This document shows positions 1 to 10,029 of a stretch of DNA of 64,000 bases, piece by piece; the stretch's first letter is position 1; the number at the start of each line of letters is the position of its first letter. The notes under the pieces are model-generated. The model saw only the letters and a list, made by a program, of their open reading frames with translations. It did no database searches and was not told the DNA's origin. Position numbers and translations under genes: made by a program. The stretch lies in assembly GCA_963827275.1 (NCBI GenBank), contig CAWHAA010000001.1, positions 64,001-128,000 on the forward strand, given 5' to 3'. The DNA comes from an uncultured Spirochaetota bacterium. Its GTDB lineage: Bacteria; Spirochaetota; UBA4802; UBA5550.

Positions 1-2058
1 TTCAAGGTAATCGACGATCAGGCCGATCTTCCTGTTGCCGAAGCCGACGACCACGACCGGCATCTTGTCATCCGGCCCCAGGACGCTGTCGAGCTGGATG
101 AAGCGGGACAGGCGCAGGAGCGAAAGTATCTCGCCCCTGAGGTTTATCACCTCGTGGCCCTCGATGGTCGTTATATCGGAACTGGAAATCTTTATGGTCT
201 CAATGACGTCTGTCAGGGGTATCGCGTACATCTCGTGGCGGACCTTGACCATGATGGCGGGGATGATAGCGAGCGTTATCGGGAACGCGAGCACAAAGCG
301 CGTGCCCATCCCCGATTCGGTTTCGATCGCCACGTTGCCATTCAGCTCGTTGACGATCTCCTTCACCACGTTCATGCCGACGCCGCGTCCCGATATGTCG
401 GTCACGCGTTCCGCCGTGGAAAAGCCCGGGATGAAGATAAAATTATATATGTCCTGGTCGTCCATCGCCGCGATCATCTCGGGCGTGGCAAGACCCATGG
501 CGACCGCTTTCCTCTTGATCTGGTCGAGGTTCAGTCCGCGTCCGTCATCGCTCACCTCGACGAAAATCTGGTTCCCGCCCTGGTAGGCGTTCATCGTGAT
601 GTGCGCAACTTCCGATTTCCCCAGCCGCTTGCGCTCGGCCGCGGACTCAATCCCGTGGTCGACGGCGTTGCGCAGGAGATGCAGCAGCGGTTCGCCGATA
701 GAATCGATAACTTTTTTATCAAGCTCGGTGTCTTCACCCTTGATGGTAAGCTCCATCTCCTTGCTGTATTCCTTGGCAAGGTCGCGCACCAGCCTCCTGA
801 ACCGGGTGAACACCTGCCCGATAGGGACCATCCGGGTCTTCATGATGCCGCTCTGCAGGTCCTTCGCGATCCTGGACATCTGCTCCATCCGGCTCTTGAA
901 TTCATTGACCAGCGACTTCTCTTCGTATATCTTGCGCATCTCCTCGTAGAGCTTGAAGAACCCGGAGTTCGCGATGACCAGCTCGCCGACGTTGTTCAGG
1001 AGCAGGTCCAGCTTGTCGATGGACACCTTCACGGTCTTGAGCGCGGTTATCTTCTTGCGTTCCTCGGGCTTCTCGCCGGCCCGGACGGCAATTTTTTCCT
1101 CTTCCTGCAGCTCGGTCTCTTCATCCTCGTCTGCGCCGTCATCGACGGCATCCTCATCATCAGCGGGCCCCATCGCGGCAACCGACACCGCCTGCTCATC
1201 CGCACGGTACGAGGGAGTCTCTTCCTGGTCCGTGCTGAAGGTCTCGAGATCGCCGAATTGAAGCGCCTGCTTGCCGTCCCTGACGCCGAGGCCGATCGAA
1301 CGCACATCGACCCGGTATATCAGGTCGATATTCGCGGCCCGCTTGATATCGTCGATGCCCGCATCCGAAAGCATGATGATCTTTATAATGCTGTTCTTCT
1401 CGTCATCGCTGAAATCCTCGATCGGCGGCGAGGTGAGGAGTATCTCGCCGATCCGCTCCATGTTGCTGACGACCAGCTGCGCCTTCACCCACTTCATCTG
1501 CGCCTTGTCGTCGATGAACACGGTGATCTCCGAGCAGGTGTTCCCCCGCTCGATACCGTCCTTTATCGTTTTACGCATGTCCGCGTCGATGACCGCCTTG
1601 GGGATGTCCGCCGGGGTCCTGGCCGCCGCGGCGGGGCCGGGGGAACGTTTTTTCTCTTCGGCCGGACCGGTTGAAATTTCGGAAATCTTCCTGATGTCAT
1701 TTATAAGCCACTGCAGGTCCTGCTCCGGCTTCTCGCCGGACGCGATGGTGTCTATTATGTTGTGGATTTCATCGAAGCACTTGAAAATTATATCGATGAT
1801 CTGCGACGTCACCCTCATGCTGCCGTCGCGTATGCCCTGGAGCAGGTTCTCCATCATATGCGCGAGGTCGCTGAGCTCATTAAGACCGACGAAGGCAGCG
1901 GAGCTTTTCAGGGAATGCGCGGCGCGGAAAATATTATTGATGATTTCGAGATTTTCCGGGTTCTTCTCGAGCTCGAGAAGGTTCTGGTTCAGTTCCTGGA
2001 GCTGCTCGTCTGCTTCTTCCAGAAATATATCCTGATACTCGCCGAGAGAAAAAGCCAT
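1..2058 (-). CDS. cheA: Chemotaxis histidine kinase CheA (runs off the left edge)
   Basis: Manual minus-strand translation from ATG 2058: MAFSLGEYQDIFLEEADEQLQELN...FRAAHSLKSSA (Hpt), later LMHLLRNAVDHG and PGFSTAERVTDISGRGVGMNVV (G boxes). GGAG upstream. Confidence 0.95.
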   Translation of the reverse strand, partial: MAFSLGEYQDIFLEEADEQLQELNQNLLELEKNPENLEIINNIFRAAHSLKSSAAFVGLNELSDLAHMMENLLQGIRDGSMRVTSQIIDIIFKCFDEIHNIIDTIASGEKPEQDLQWLINDIRKISEISTGPAEEKKRSPGPAAAARTPADIPKAVIDADMRKTIKDGIERGNTCSEITVFIDDKAQMKWVKAQLVVSNMERIGEILLTSPPIEDFSDDEKNSIIKIIMLSDAGIDDIKRAANIDLIYRVDVRSIGLGVRDGKQALQFGDLETFSTDQEETPSYRADEQAVSVAAMGPADDEDAVDDGADEDEETELQEEEKIAVRAGEKPEERKKITALKTVKVSIDKLDLLLNNVGELVIANSGFFKLYEEMRKIYEEKSLVNEFKSRMEQMSRIAKDLQSGIMKTRMVPIGQVFTRFRRLVRDLAKEYSKEMELTIKGEDTELDKKVIDSIGEPLLHLLRNAVDHGIESAAERKRLGKSEVAHITMNAYQGGNQIFVEVSDDGRGLNLDQIKRKAVAMGLATPEMIAAMDDQDIYNFIFIPGFSTAERVTDISGRGVGMNVVKEIVNELNGNVAIETESGMGTRFVLAFPITLAIIPAIMVKVRHEMYAIPLTDVIETIKISSSDITTIEGHEVINLRGEILSLLRLSRFIQLDSVLGPDDKMPVVVVGFGNRKIGLIVDYLE

Positions 2059-2192
2059 AGTAAAACTCCACGATTTCGATTAACAGGCCCCGGTTGCAAG
2101 CCCGCGCGGCGCCGGGTCCCACCCGCTACCTGACGCCACGGTACATTCCATTTATCAGAACGTATTCTGAAAATGCCGATCCATGATACCCG

Positions 2193-2714
2193 TTATTCCT
2201 TGTCTTCCTCCAGGAAGAGGATGTTCGAAAGATTTAAAATTACGATCAGCCTGTCTTTGAGCCGCCCGATGCCCCAGATATACTCTTCCGATACCCCCTC
2301 GATGAGCTCAGACGGCGGATCAACGTTGTTCCGGTTAAGCCTGACCACCTGGTGGACATTGTCAACCATGAGCCCGGTCAGCTTATCGCTCGTTTCAATA
2401 ACGATGATCCTCGTCAGGTCGGTGACCTTCCCCTTTGAATAGCCGAACCGTTTGCGGACGTCAACGACCGGAATGACATTGCCGCGTAAATTGATCACCC
2501 CTTTTATGAATTCGGGGGTATTCGGCAACCTGGTGATTTCCGGGAAGCGGAGTATTTCATGAACGGCGAGGATATCGACCCCGTACTCGACATCCTCAAG
2601 GAGAAAACTGACCAGCTGGATTATCGAGCCTTCTGCGATGAGGACCTGCTCCTCCTCTCCCGTCATCTGGACGGCAATCTGCTCCTGCTTGTTGATCAGT
2701 TCGTTTAAATCCAT
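2193..2714 (-). CDS. cheW: Chemotaxis coupling protein CheW
   Basis: QLVSFLL..YGVDILAVHEI..GVINLRGNVIPVVD; adjacent to cheA. Confidence 0.95.
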   Translation of the reverse strand: MDLNELINKQEQIAVQMTGEEEQVLIAEGSIIQLVSFLLEDVEYGVDILAVHEILRFPEITRLPNTPEFIKGVINLRGNVIPVVDVRKRFGYSKGKVTDLTRIIVIETSDKLTGLMVDNVHQVVRLNRNNVDPPSELIEGVSEEYIWGIGRLKDRLIVILNLSNILFLEEDKE

Positions 2715-2878
2715 GTGGGTATCCCGATGTCGTTAATATACTTATTAAGCAATTTACTTTAAAATAAAAGCCGTACATTTCAAGCATTTTTTTAAAATAA
2801 ATGGCAGCGGCCGCGGCAATGGAAATATGCTCGTAAAATGAAAAACGTTGACTGGTAACTCGGCGCGATACAGATAAC

Positions 2879-2903
2879 AATGCCGGCATGGGATGCCGGC
2901 ATT
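2879..2903. terminator. Perfect hairpin downstream of zapA, possible terminator
   Basis: AATGCCGGCAT-GGG-ATGCCGGCATT, 11-bp inverted repeat; weak U tract. Confidence 0.45.
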
Positions 2904-2914
2904 CGGTGAACAGC

Positions 2915-3238
2915 TCAATTTCTCGCCGCGGGCGCCGTCTTGGCAAAAACATCCCCGATGAGCCCCTGGTCCAGCATCGATATCAGCGCCGTGGCCCTTC
3001 GTTCTACCTCGCTCTCTTCGCCCGATTTCAGCCTTTTCAACTGGAAATATTCATCGGCGACGTTCAGCGCCGCCAGGATGGCCACCTGGGCCGTGCTTGC
3101 CGCCGGGCAGTTTGCCTGGACTTCCTCCATCTTGTCGTTCAGGTACCCGGCGAGCTGATGGATATAATCACCGGGCGCATCGCCATTGATGGTGTATGTC
3201 TGCCCGAATATCGCCACCTTGACCCTGTTCTGTTCCAT
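2915..3238 (-). CDS. zapA: Cell division protein ZapA
   Basis: VKVAIFGQTYTI...YLNDKMEEV...VAILAALNVADE motif. Confidence 0.9.
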   Translation of the reverse strand: MEQNRVKVAIFGQTYTINGDAPGDYIHQLAGYLNDKMEEVQANCPAASTAQVAILAALNVADEYFQLKRLKSGEESEVERRATALISMLDQGLIGDVFAKTAPAARN

Positions 3239-3257
3239 GACACACCTCGCTGCGGAC

Positions 3258-4007
3258 CTACTTGTCGTCTTCCTCTATTATAAGGAACTCATCGTCCTGT
3301 TCTTTTTTCTTGCCTTTACGGGCCGGTTTTTTCTCGTCCTCGTCGATGATGATGGTATCATGCTCAACGTCGTCGATGATGATCTCCTCGTCCTTCTCGT
3401 CAAGGAGGATGATATCGTCATCCTGCTCGCGGACCGTCTCCAGCGCGACGCCGTCGCTCCCCTTGGACGCGAGGTCCCCCTCGTCATCGATAATGATTAT
3501 ATCTTCCTCTTCGTCAATGGTGACCGTCTCCGACTTGGGAACGTTCTCGACCCTGACTTCCTCTTCCTTGAAATCATCAAACGATTCATCGAGGATGATG
3601 GTGTCCTCTTCGGCGGCGAATGACTTCGCCTCTTTTTTCCGGGGCGCGCGCGTGGAGCCGCCCCTGGGGGCCTCATGGGATTTACGCTCTATCTTAACCC
3701 CGGCCGGGATGGTCCCGCCGCCGGAAAGGGTGTCCAGCTTGCCGAGAAGTCCGATCACCTTTTTCTCAAGGACTTCCTCCTTGGCGTTGAGGTCGTCAAG
3801 CTCACGGGTGGCGTCGTCCAGTGCTTTCCTGATCTTCTCGATCTCATGCTCTTTCTCCTCGAGGCTGAGCTTTGTCTCCTCCAGGTCGCTCTTCAATTCT
3901 TCATTCTCGTTTTCGAGCTTTGAATTTTCACTCCGCAAATCGCCTATCAGCTGAAGGGCCTTGACTACCCGGTTTTCAAGCTCTTCCAGTTGCTGCATGG
4001 AAATCAT
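3258..4007 (-). CDS. ZapB-like coiled-coil protein with a long acidic tail
   Basis: LEELENRVVKALQLIGDLRSENSKL coiled coil directly upstream of zapA. Confidence 0.65.
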   Translation of the reverse strand: MISMQQLEELENRVVKALQLIGDLRSENSKLENENEELKSDLEETKLSLEEKEHEIEKIRKALDDATRELDDLNAKEEVLEKKVIGLLGKLDTLSGGGTIPAGVKIERKSHEAPRGGSTRAPRKKEAKSFAAEEDTIILDESFDDFKEEEVRVENVPKSETVTIDEEEDIIIIDDEGDLASKGSDGVALETVREQDDDIILLDEKDEEIIIDDVEHDTIIIDEDEKKPARKGKKKEQDDEFLIIEEDDK

Positions 4008-4289
4008 CTGGTACCTCCGTTTCCCCGCGCCGGTGCATTGCTCGGGTATGTATCACTATAATTTATTTTCGGCTGATAAAAGGGCCGACATTAAAATAAT
4101 AATCAATTTAATGCGTAATATCTATCCAAAGAGTCTCTTTTTATATTAAAAAACGGCTATTACGTCAAGCTATATTTTGAAGGTTGATGAACGGGATCCC
4201 CGGCCTGCCCGCCCTCCGTCGGGCGGCATCTACCTTACGGCTCCGTACCCCGCCGGGCACCGCGGAAAAGTGCGGCTGATCGCCACCGC

Positions 4290-5210
4290 CTATATCTGGA
4301 AACTCAGCTCCAACCCGTAAACCGCCTGTACATAATCCTTCTGCGACAGCCGGAGCGGGTTCTGGATGGTGTATATGCCCAGGTATACGGCATCCATGAA
4401 AAAATAACGGAGGCCGGCGCTCATCAAAAACACGTTATACCGGGCCGCTTCGATGGGGACCATGTCGGTGTCGGTGCCGGCGCTGCTCACGCGGAACGAT
4501 CCGTAAAACTCGATATAGGGAACGAACGGGTAGAAGTACCCGGTGTTCCAGGCCATTGAAACCGTCAGGTAATCGTTGTTCAGGCGGCCCGTGCTGAAAA
4601 ACGTGTCTTTCTCTTTCGGGTTAAGGCCGAACACCTTCTCCCAGGTCTCCTTTTTGGTGATGTCGAAATAGAACCCGCCGAAAAAATTTTCGCTGTTACC
4701 CTCGCGGAAGGTATAGAAGAAGTTCAGGTGGATGAAGAATAGATCGAGGATATCGAACCGGGCGAAGGGGCCCAGCTTCAACTCGTATTTTCCCAGCGCG
4801 AGGTTGCGCCATTCATCGGTGACGTAGGCGTTCTTCCCGAGGGGGAAGCGCAGCGAGAGGAGGAACCCGAGGTGTATCTGGTTCCGGACGTAATCGCCGA
4901 TATAGAATTTACCCTTGATAAAGAGGTCGCCGAGGTCCGAGCGGGTCGCCTTGAACGCGCTCCCGCTCAGATAATCGAACTGCATCCAGAGGGAGAATTC
5001 ATCGGTCGCGCCGAAGCCGATGCCCGCGGAATCCTTCCGCGAGTAGTTGCCCGTCTGGACCACTTCGTCGCGGAGATAGATTTCAACATCGTACTCCGGC
5101 ACCATGTATATCGTCTCCGTAAGGGGAAGCGCGGAGGCGCGTTCCCCCGGGGCCGGAAACAAAATTAGCGCTATGGCTATAGCGCTAATTTCAAAAAGCG
5201 TACGTTTCAT
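4290..5210 (-). CDS. Exported hypothetical protein, possible outer-membrane beta-barrel
   Basis: Signal peptide, aromatic-rich alternating strands, C-terminus YGLELSFQI. Confidence 0.6.
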   Translation of the reverse strand: MKRTLFEISAIAIALILFPAPGERASALPLTETIYMVPEYDVEIYLRDEVVQTGNYSRKDSAGIGFGATDEFSLWMQFDYLSGSAFKATRSDLGDLFIKGKFYIGDYVRNQIHLGFLLSLRFPLGKNAYVTDEWRNLALGKYELKLGPFARFDILDLFFIHLNFFYTFREGNSENFFGGFYFDITKKETWEKVFGLNPKEKDTFFSTGRLNNDYLTVSMAWNTGYFYPFVPYIEFYGSFRVSSAGTDTDMVPIEAARYNVFLMSAGLRYFFMDAVYLGIYTIQNPLRLSQKDYVQAVYGLELSFQI

Positions 5211-5230
5211 GTCGGCCCGGAATGGTACGG

Positions 5231-5587
5231 TTACGCCGCCTTTTCCTTGACCGTATCAACTATTTTCTGAAACGCCTTCATGTCATGCACGGCGAGGTCC
5301 GCCAGCATTTTCCGGTTGATCTCAATGTTCGACGCGATCATCCCGGAGATCAACTTGCTGTAGGATATGCCGCAGAGCCTGGACGCCGCTGCGATCCGCA
5401 CGATCCACAGGGCACGGAAATCCCGTTTCTTCTTCCTGCGGTCGATATACGAATTCTGCAGCGCCCTTCTCCGCGCGTCCTTCGCCGTCCGGAATATGGT
5501 GCTCCGTGCGCCTATATATCCCTTGGTGTCCTTCAGAATTTTTTTGCTTCGCTTGCGATGCACTCTACCTGTCGTTGCTCTCGGCAT
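5231..5587 (-). CDS. rplT: 50S ribosomal protein L20
   Basis: MPRATTG...DRRKKKRDFRALWIVRI...INRKMLADLAV. Confidence 0.98.
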   Translation of the reverse strand: MPRATTGRVHRKRSKKILKDTKGYIGARSTIFRTAKDARRRALQNSYIDRRKKKRDFRALWIVRIAAASRLCGISYSKLISGMIASNIEINRKMLADLAVHDMKAFQKIVDTVKEKAA

Positions 5588-5649
5588 GGTGATACTCTCC
5601 CTTCTATCTTATAATAATCGATATATCGCGATAGTGCGCTACCGTGTCC

Positions 5650-5847
5650 TCATTTGTAGGGGATCATCCGCTTGATCCGCTTGGTCTCCGTGCTGCTCGT
5701 TACTGCGGTGCCGCGGAGCTTGCGCTTCCGCTTCGGCGATTTAGCTTCAAGCAGATGGCTCTTATATCCCTGCGCGCGAACGGCTTTTCCCTTTCTGGTC
5801 ACGCGGAACCTTTTTTTCGCCCCGCTGTTTGATTTCACCTTTGGCAT
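5650..5847 (-). CDS. rpmI: 50S ribosomal protein L35
   Basis: MPKVKSNSGAKKRFRVT; canonical infC-rpmI-rplT order. Confidence 0.97.
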   Translation of the reverse strand: MPKVKSNSGAKKRFRVTRKGKAVRAQGYKSHLLEAKSPKRKRKLRGTAVTSSTETKRIKRMIPYK

Positions 5848-5871
5848 ATTCGTTTCCTCTTTATTCCGGTA

Positions 5872-6437
5872 TTATTTTACCTTTGTACCGCTCGGCTTCG
5901 CCGACACGATCATGGTTATATTTCTGCCTTCCTGGGACATGTCCTTCTCTATCTGGACAAGCTCCTCAATCTGCGCCTTGACTTTATTCATTACATCGAA
6001 GCCGAGTTCGGGATGGACCATCTCCCTGCCCCTGAACATCAGCGTGAACTTCACCTTGTCGCCGCCGTCAAGAAATTCCATCGCGTGCTTGATCTTGTGC
6101 TCGAAATCGTGGGAATCGATGTTCGGACGCATCTTGATCTCTTTCAGATGGACGATCTTCTGCTTTTTCTTGGCCTCCTTGGCCTTCTTCATTTGCTCGA
6201 ATTTGAACTTGCTGTAGTTGACAATTTTCACGACCGGCGGGTCCTGATTCGGTGAAATCTCCACCAGGTCACATTCCTCTCTCGCGCCATCCTCAACGCG
6301 TCGATGGTCGGTATGACTGTCGGTTCACCTTCTTCCCCCACAAGCCTGACCTGCTGGGACTTAATGCCCTCGTTAACATTGTACTTATCAAACTTATCTA
6401 AGCTGGTCCGCCTTCCTTTATCTACCAAGCGTTGCAA
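5872..6437 (-). CDS. infC: Translation initiation factor IF-3 (1-nt frameshift near 6270, likely assembly error; TTG start at 6437 or 6428)
   Basis: N-terminal NEGIKSQQVRLVG in one frame; DLVEISPNQDPPVVKIVNYSKF...KEIKMRPNID in another. Confidence 0.92.
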
Positions 6438-6618
6438 ACCCCCTGCGTTATTATTTATTTCAGAACAGGGCGGAAATTCATGCCCGCCCGCCGCTATCAT
6501 ACACAAGAATAGAACATTGTACAAAATCCCCGCACTCATTATGAAAATCAACAAGTTTTCGATTAATTTCGATGAAATTTCAAAAAAGCGTTGTTTGATT
6601 TCCCACGGCCGGCAGCGG

Positions 6619-8541
6619 TCACCGCCTGTTTGCCACGTCACCCCGTATCATGTCAACAAGTTCTTCGTTCTTCATGGGGACCGATTTGTTCTCGCCGAGT
6701 TTCCGCACCGATACGGTGCCTTCGGCGACCTCTTTTTTGCCTATAACGGCGATATAGGGGGCCTTTTTCGCTATGGCGTCGCGGACCCGGTATCCCATGG
6801 TCTCTTCCCTGCGGTCGATTTCGGGCCTGAGCCCCAGCTCGATCATGCGGAGCTTCAGCTTTTCGACCGCGTCTGCCTCGGCATCGGACACGTTGATGAG
6901 GACCACCTGCACCGGGGCAAGCCATACCGGGAACTTTCCGCCGTAATGCTCGATCAGCACGCCGATGAACCGCTCCAGCGAGCCCAGCAACGCGCGGTGT
7001 ATCATGTATGGACGGTGCTTCTTCCCGTCGGTATCGACGTAGGTCAGGTCGAACCGCTCAGGCAGGTTGAAATCGAACTGTATGGTCGAGCACTGCCACT
7101 CACGACCGAGGATGTCCTTTATCTTGATGTCGATCTTGGGGCCGTAGAATGCACCGCCGCCCTCGTCCAGCTCGTACTGGATGCCGGCGCGCTTGACCGA
7201 CGCCTCGAGTGCCTTGATCGCCTCCTGCCACATCGCCTCGTCGCCGACGGATTTTTCCGACGGCCGGGTGGCGAGATAGACCTTGAAGTCCTCAAAACCG
7301 AATGAGCGGAGCATATAAAGGCAGAACGCGAGCACGCGGTCTATCTCATCCGGCATCTGGTCCGGGCGCACAAAGAGGTGCGCGTCGTCCTGCGTAAAGC
7401 CCCGCACCCGGAGAAGGCCGTGGAGCACGCCGGAGCGCTCGTACCTGTACACGGTGCCGAGCTCGGCCCAGCGCAGGGGCAGCTCGCGGTACGACCATCC
7501 CTTGTTCATATAAATCATTATATGGAAAGGGCAGTTCATCGGTTTGACGTAATAGGGCTGCCCGTCGATATCCATGGGCGAATACATATTCTCGGTGTAG
7601 AAGCCGAGGTGGCCGCTGGTCTCCCATAGCTGCGATTTCCCGATGTGGGGAGTGCCCACCAGGTCGTAGCCGTTCTTGAGGTGCTCATTGCGCCAGAAGT
7701 CCTCTATGATGTTGCGCAGGCAGGCCCCCTTGGGGTGCCACAGCACAAGGCCTGCCCCGGTCTCGTCGTGTATGGAGAAGAGATCGAGCTCCTTGCCGAG
7801 GCGGCGGTGGTCGCGGCGCTTCGCCTCTTCGAGAAACTCGAGATGCGACGCCAGGAGCTTTTTGTCGGGAAAGGCGATCCCGTATATGCGCTGCAGCATT
7901 TTGTTTTTTTCGCTGCCGCGCCAGTATGCGCCGGCGATGGAGAGGAGCTTGCAGGCCTTCAGGTACGAGGTGCGCGGGACGTGCGGCCCGCGGCAGAGGT
8001 CGTAGAATTCGCCCTGGCGGTAGATGGAAACGACGTCACTGGCCATGCCGTTGAGCATCTCCACCTTGTATATCTCCCCGGCGTCGGAGAACATTTGTAT
8101 CGCGTCCTGGCGCTTGATCTCCTCGCGGCGCACCTCGAGGTCCTCGCCGGCGATGGTGGCCATCATCCCCTCGATCCGGACAAGGTCTTCCGGCGTGAGG
8201 GCGGCGCCCATGTCGATGTCGTAGTAAAATCCATTTTCGATGGAAGGCCCGATCGCGAACTTGGCGTCGGGGAAGAGGCGCCGCACCGCCTGCGCCATCA
8301 GGTGCGATGCGGAGTGCCAGAATATCTCCTTTCCCGCGGGCGTGTCGAAGGTGACGGCCTTCAACGACGCGTCGCCATCCACCGCATGCCCGAGGTCAAC
8401 CGGCACGCCGTTCACCTCCGCCGCGAGTGCGGCTTTCTGGAGGCCGGCGCCGATTTTTCCCAGGATGCCGTGGACCGATTCGCCCCTTTCAGCCGTGACG
8501 GTCGATTTATCGGGTAATGTGATGGTTATCTGGCCGCTCAA
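6619..8541 (-). CDS. thrS: Threonine--tRNA ligase
   Basis: TGS domain, DLCRGPH, KPMNCP, GLLRVRGFTQDDAH, MIHRALLGSLERF. Confidence 0.99.
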   Translation of the reverse strand: MSGQITITLPDKSTVTAERGESVHGILGKIGAGLQKAALAAEVNGVPVDLGHAVDGDASLKAVTFDTPAGKEIFWHSASHLMAQAVRRLFPDAKFAIGPSIENGFYYDIDMGAALTPEDLVRIEGMMATIAGEDLEVRREEIKRQDAIQMFSDAGEIYKVEMLNGMASDVVSIYRQGEFYDLCRGPHVPRTSYLKACKLLSIAGAYWRGSEKNKMLQRIYGIAFPDKKLLASHLEFLEEAKRRDHRRLGKELDLFSIHDETGAGLVLWHPKGACLRNIIEDFWRNEHLKNGYDLVGTPHIGKSQLWETSGHLGFYTENMYSPMDIDGQPYYVKPMNCPFHIMIYMNKGWSYRELPLRWAELGTVYRYERSGVLHGLLRVRGFTQDDAHLFVRPDQMPDEIDRVLAFCLYMLRSFGFEDFKVYLATRPSEKSVGDEAMWQEAIKALEASVKRAGIQYELDEGGGAFYGPKIDIKIKDILGREWQCSTIQFDFNLPERFDLTYVDTDGKKHRPYMIHRALLGSLERFIGVLIEHYGGKFPVWLAPVQVVLINVSDAEADAVEKLKLRMIELGLRPEIDRREETMGYRVRDAIAKKAPYIAVIGKKEVAEGTVSVRKLGENKSVPMKNEELVDMIRGDVANRR

Positions 8542-8672
8542 AATAATACACTGTTCCTCTTATTACTTATTCCGGAGATACAAAACCCCCTCCATGTCCC
8601 CTGTGTCAGCTGTTTTTATGGCTTATCACATGGGGAGAGCGAGGGGGGTACGGAGAAAAACCCGTTGTTCTG

Positions 8673-8747
8673 TGGGCGATACTGGAGTTGAACCGGTGAC
8701 CTCCTGCGTGTCGAGCAGGCGCTCTAACCAAACTGAGCTAATCGCCC
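8673..8747 (-). tRNA. tRNA-Val(GAC)
   Basis: Reverse complement GGGCGATTAGCTCAGTTTGGTTAGAGCGCCTGCTC-GAC-ACGCAGGAGGTCACCGGTTCAACTCCAGTATCGCCCA folds as a cloverleaf; CCA not encoded; one C.A mismatch in the T stem. Confidence 0.95.
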
Positions 8748-8812
8748 AATGAGACAATAATATGGTAACTATTTTTTAGTAAGGAACATTGTCAACAATT
8801 TTTTATGGCGCG

Positions 8813-9136
8813 CTATACCAGCTGTTTCTTAAAAAGGACCACCACCGTAAGGTGGTCCTGTTCGTTGATGACGCGCATCACCCTGCCCCTGCGGTGGAGA
8901 CGGAATGACAGCTCGGGGCTTTCCGATATCACCTGCGCCCGCGCGCCCACGTTCTGTTCGGACACGAACTTCCTGTACGCATCGTCGATCAGGAGCGACG
9001 CGCCCCCCTCGGAGATATCGCGCAGCTTGCAGATGATTTCCCGGTCCTTGAAAAAGAACCTCTTTAACATGAGCTTTACGGAAAAGTCGGATCTGTTCTT
9101 GGGAAATTTAATGCGAGGAGATTTTCGTCGTTCCAT
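8813..9136 (-). CDS. PilZ-domain protein
   Basis: RRKSPR (RxxxR) and DISEGG (D/NxSxxG) c-di-GMP motifs. Confidence 0.85.
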   Translation of the reverse strand: MERRKSPRIKFPKNRSDFSVKLMLKRFFFKDREIICKLRDISEGGASLLIDDAYRKFVSEQNVGARAQVISESPELSFRLHRRGRVMRVINEQDHLTVVVLFKKQLV

Positions 9137-9266
9137 GATGCCGCCCTGGTCCCTGTAATGCGGAATGATACTATATGAGCGGGGGGGACGGCAAAAAAAG
9201 CAAATCCTTTTTCACGGCCGTGAAAAAAAAGGGACGCCCCGGGGGTGCCGGGACGATTCCGATGCG

Positions 9267-9881
9267 TCATTCTCCCAGGAGAATGGTCCGGTTTACCCTG
9301 CTCGATTCCAGGCGAACGGTCTTGTTCTTGTATAATTCCATCTTATTGACAAGCGCGAAATAATAGGAGTAAAATTGCCGTACGATTATCTTCTGCGAGT
9401 CCCTCTTCTGCAATTCGTTGACGGTATATTTTTCCTTTTCCCCTGTATTGGTGGCATACTCAACGAGAAGCTGCCCGAGGTCGTCACTGCCCGGCGTTGC
9501 GCAGGTATAGGTCTTCACTTCCCGCACCTTGGAGGTCATGTTGTACTGATAATATTCAAACACGATCTTGCTGATGCTGTTTTGCGACATATAGACCCTG
9601 GCCCTCTTGTTGTAAACCATGAAGATGCGGTCGATATGGTCGTACTGGTTCCCGGAGCTGATAACAAACGTATGCGTTCCCTCTTCGTCCGGCTTCAGCT
9701 TCAGCGCCTGCACCGCCGCCACCAGCCTCTGGTAGAGCTGGGGGATACGGTCATCGCGTGTGACATTTTCCCCTGAATCCCCGGCCCTGTTTTTCGATGA
9801 CACGGTTTCCTGCGCCCGGACTGTCCCCTGGGTCAGGAGGAGAGCGAGGGCGATGACGAAAATTAAAGAAATTTTTTGCAT
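9267..9881 (-). CDS. Exported hypothetical protein
   Basis: Signal peptide MQKISLIFVIALALLLTQGTVRA; 204-aa ORF. Confidence 0.7.
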   Translation of the reverse strand: MQKISLIFVIALALLLTQGTVRAQETVSSKNRAGDSGENVTRDDRIPQLYQRLVAAVQALKLKPDEEGTHTFVISSGNQYDHIDRIFMVYNKRARVYMSQNSISKIVFEYYQYNMTSKVREVKTYTCATPGSDDLGQLLVEYATNTGEKEKYTVNELQKRDSQKIIVRQFYSYYFALVNKMELYKNKTVRLESSRVNRTILLGE

Positions 9882-10029
9882 TTCACACCTTTTGAAATAT
9901 TATCGGTAATGCGATTCCTTTCTGCAAGTACAAAAAATAGCATATTTTTGCATTTTTTCCTTGTCTAAAACAGGCGAGAACCAAAAAAATCATACACATA
10001 GGTCGTATAACTGCCACAGGAGGCCCCCC

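Noticed and set aside
154..1674. Long antisense ORFs (also 11871-13403, 44081-46369 and others)
   Set aside because: Shadow ORFs of GC3-rich genes on the opposite strand, with no recognisable motifs.
2720..2914. 6S RNA downstream of zapA
   Set aside because: The position fits, but I see only a short hairpin and no long rod with a central bubble.
8673..8747. tRNA as an integration site
   Set aside because: No integrase nearby and no duplicated tRNA 3' end seen.
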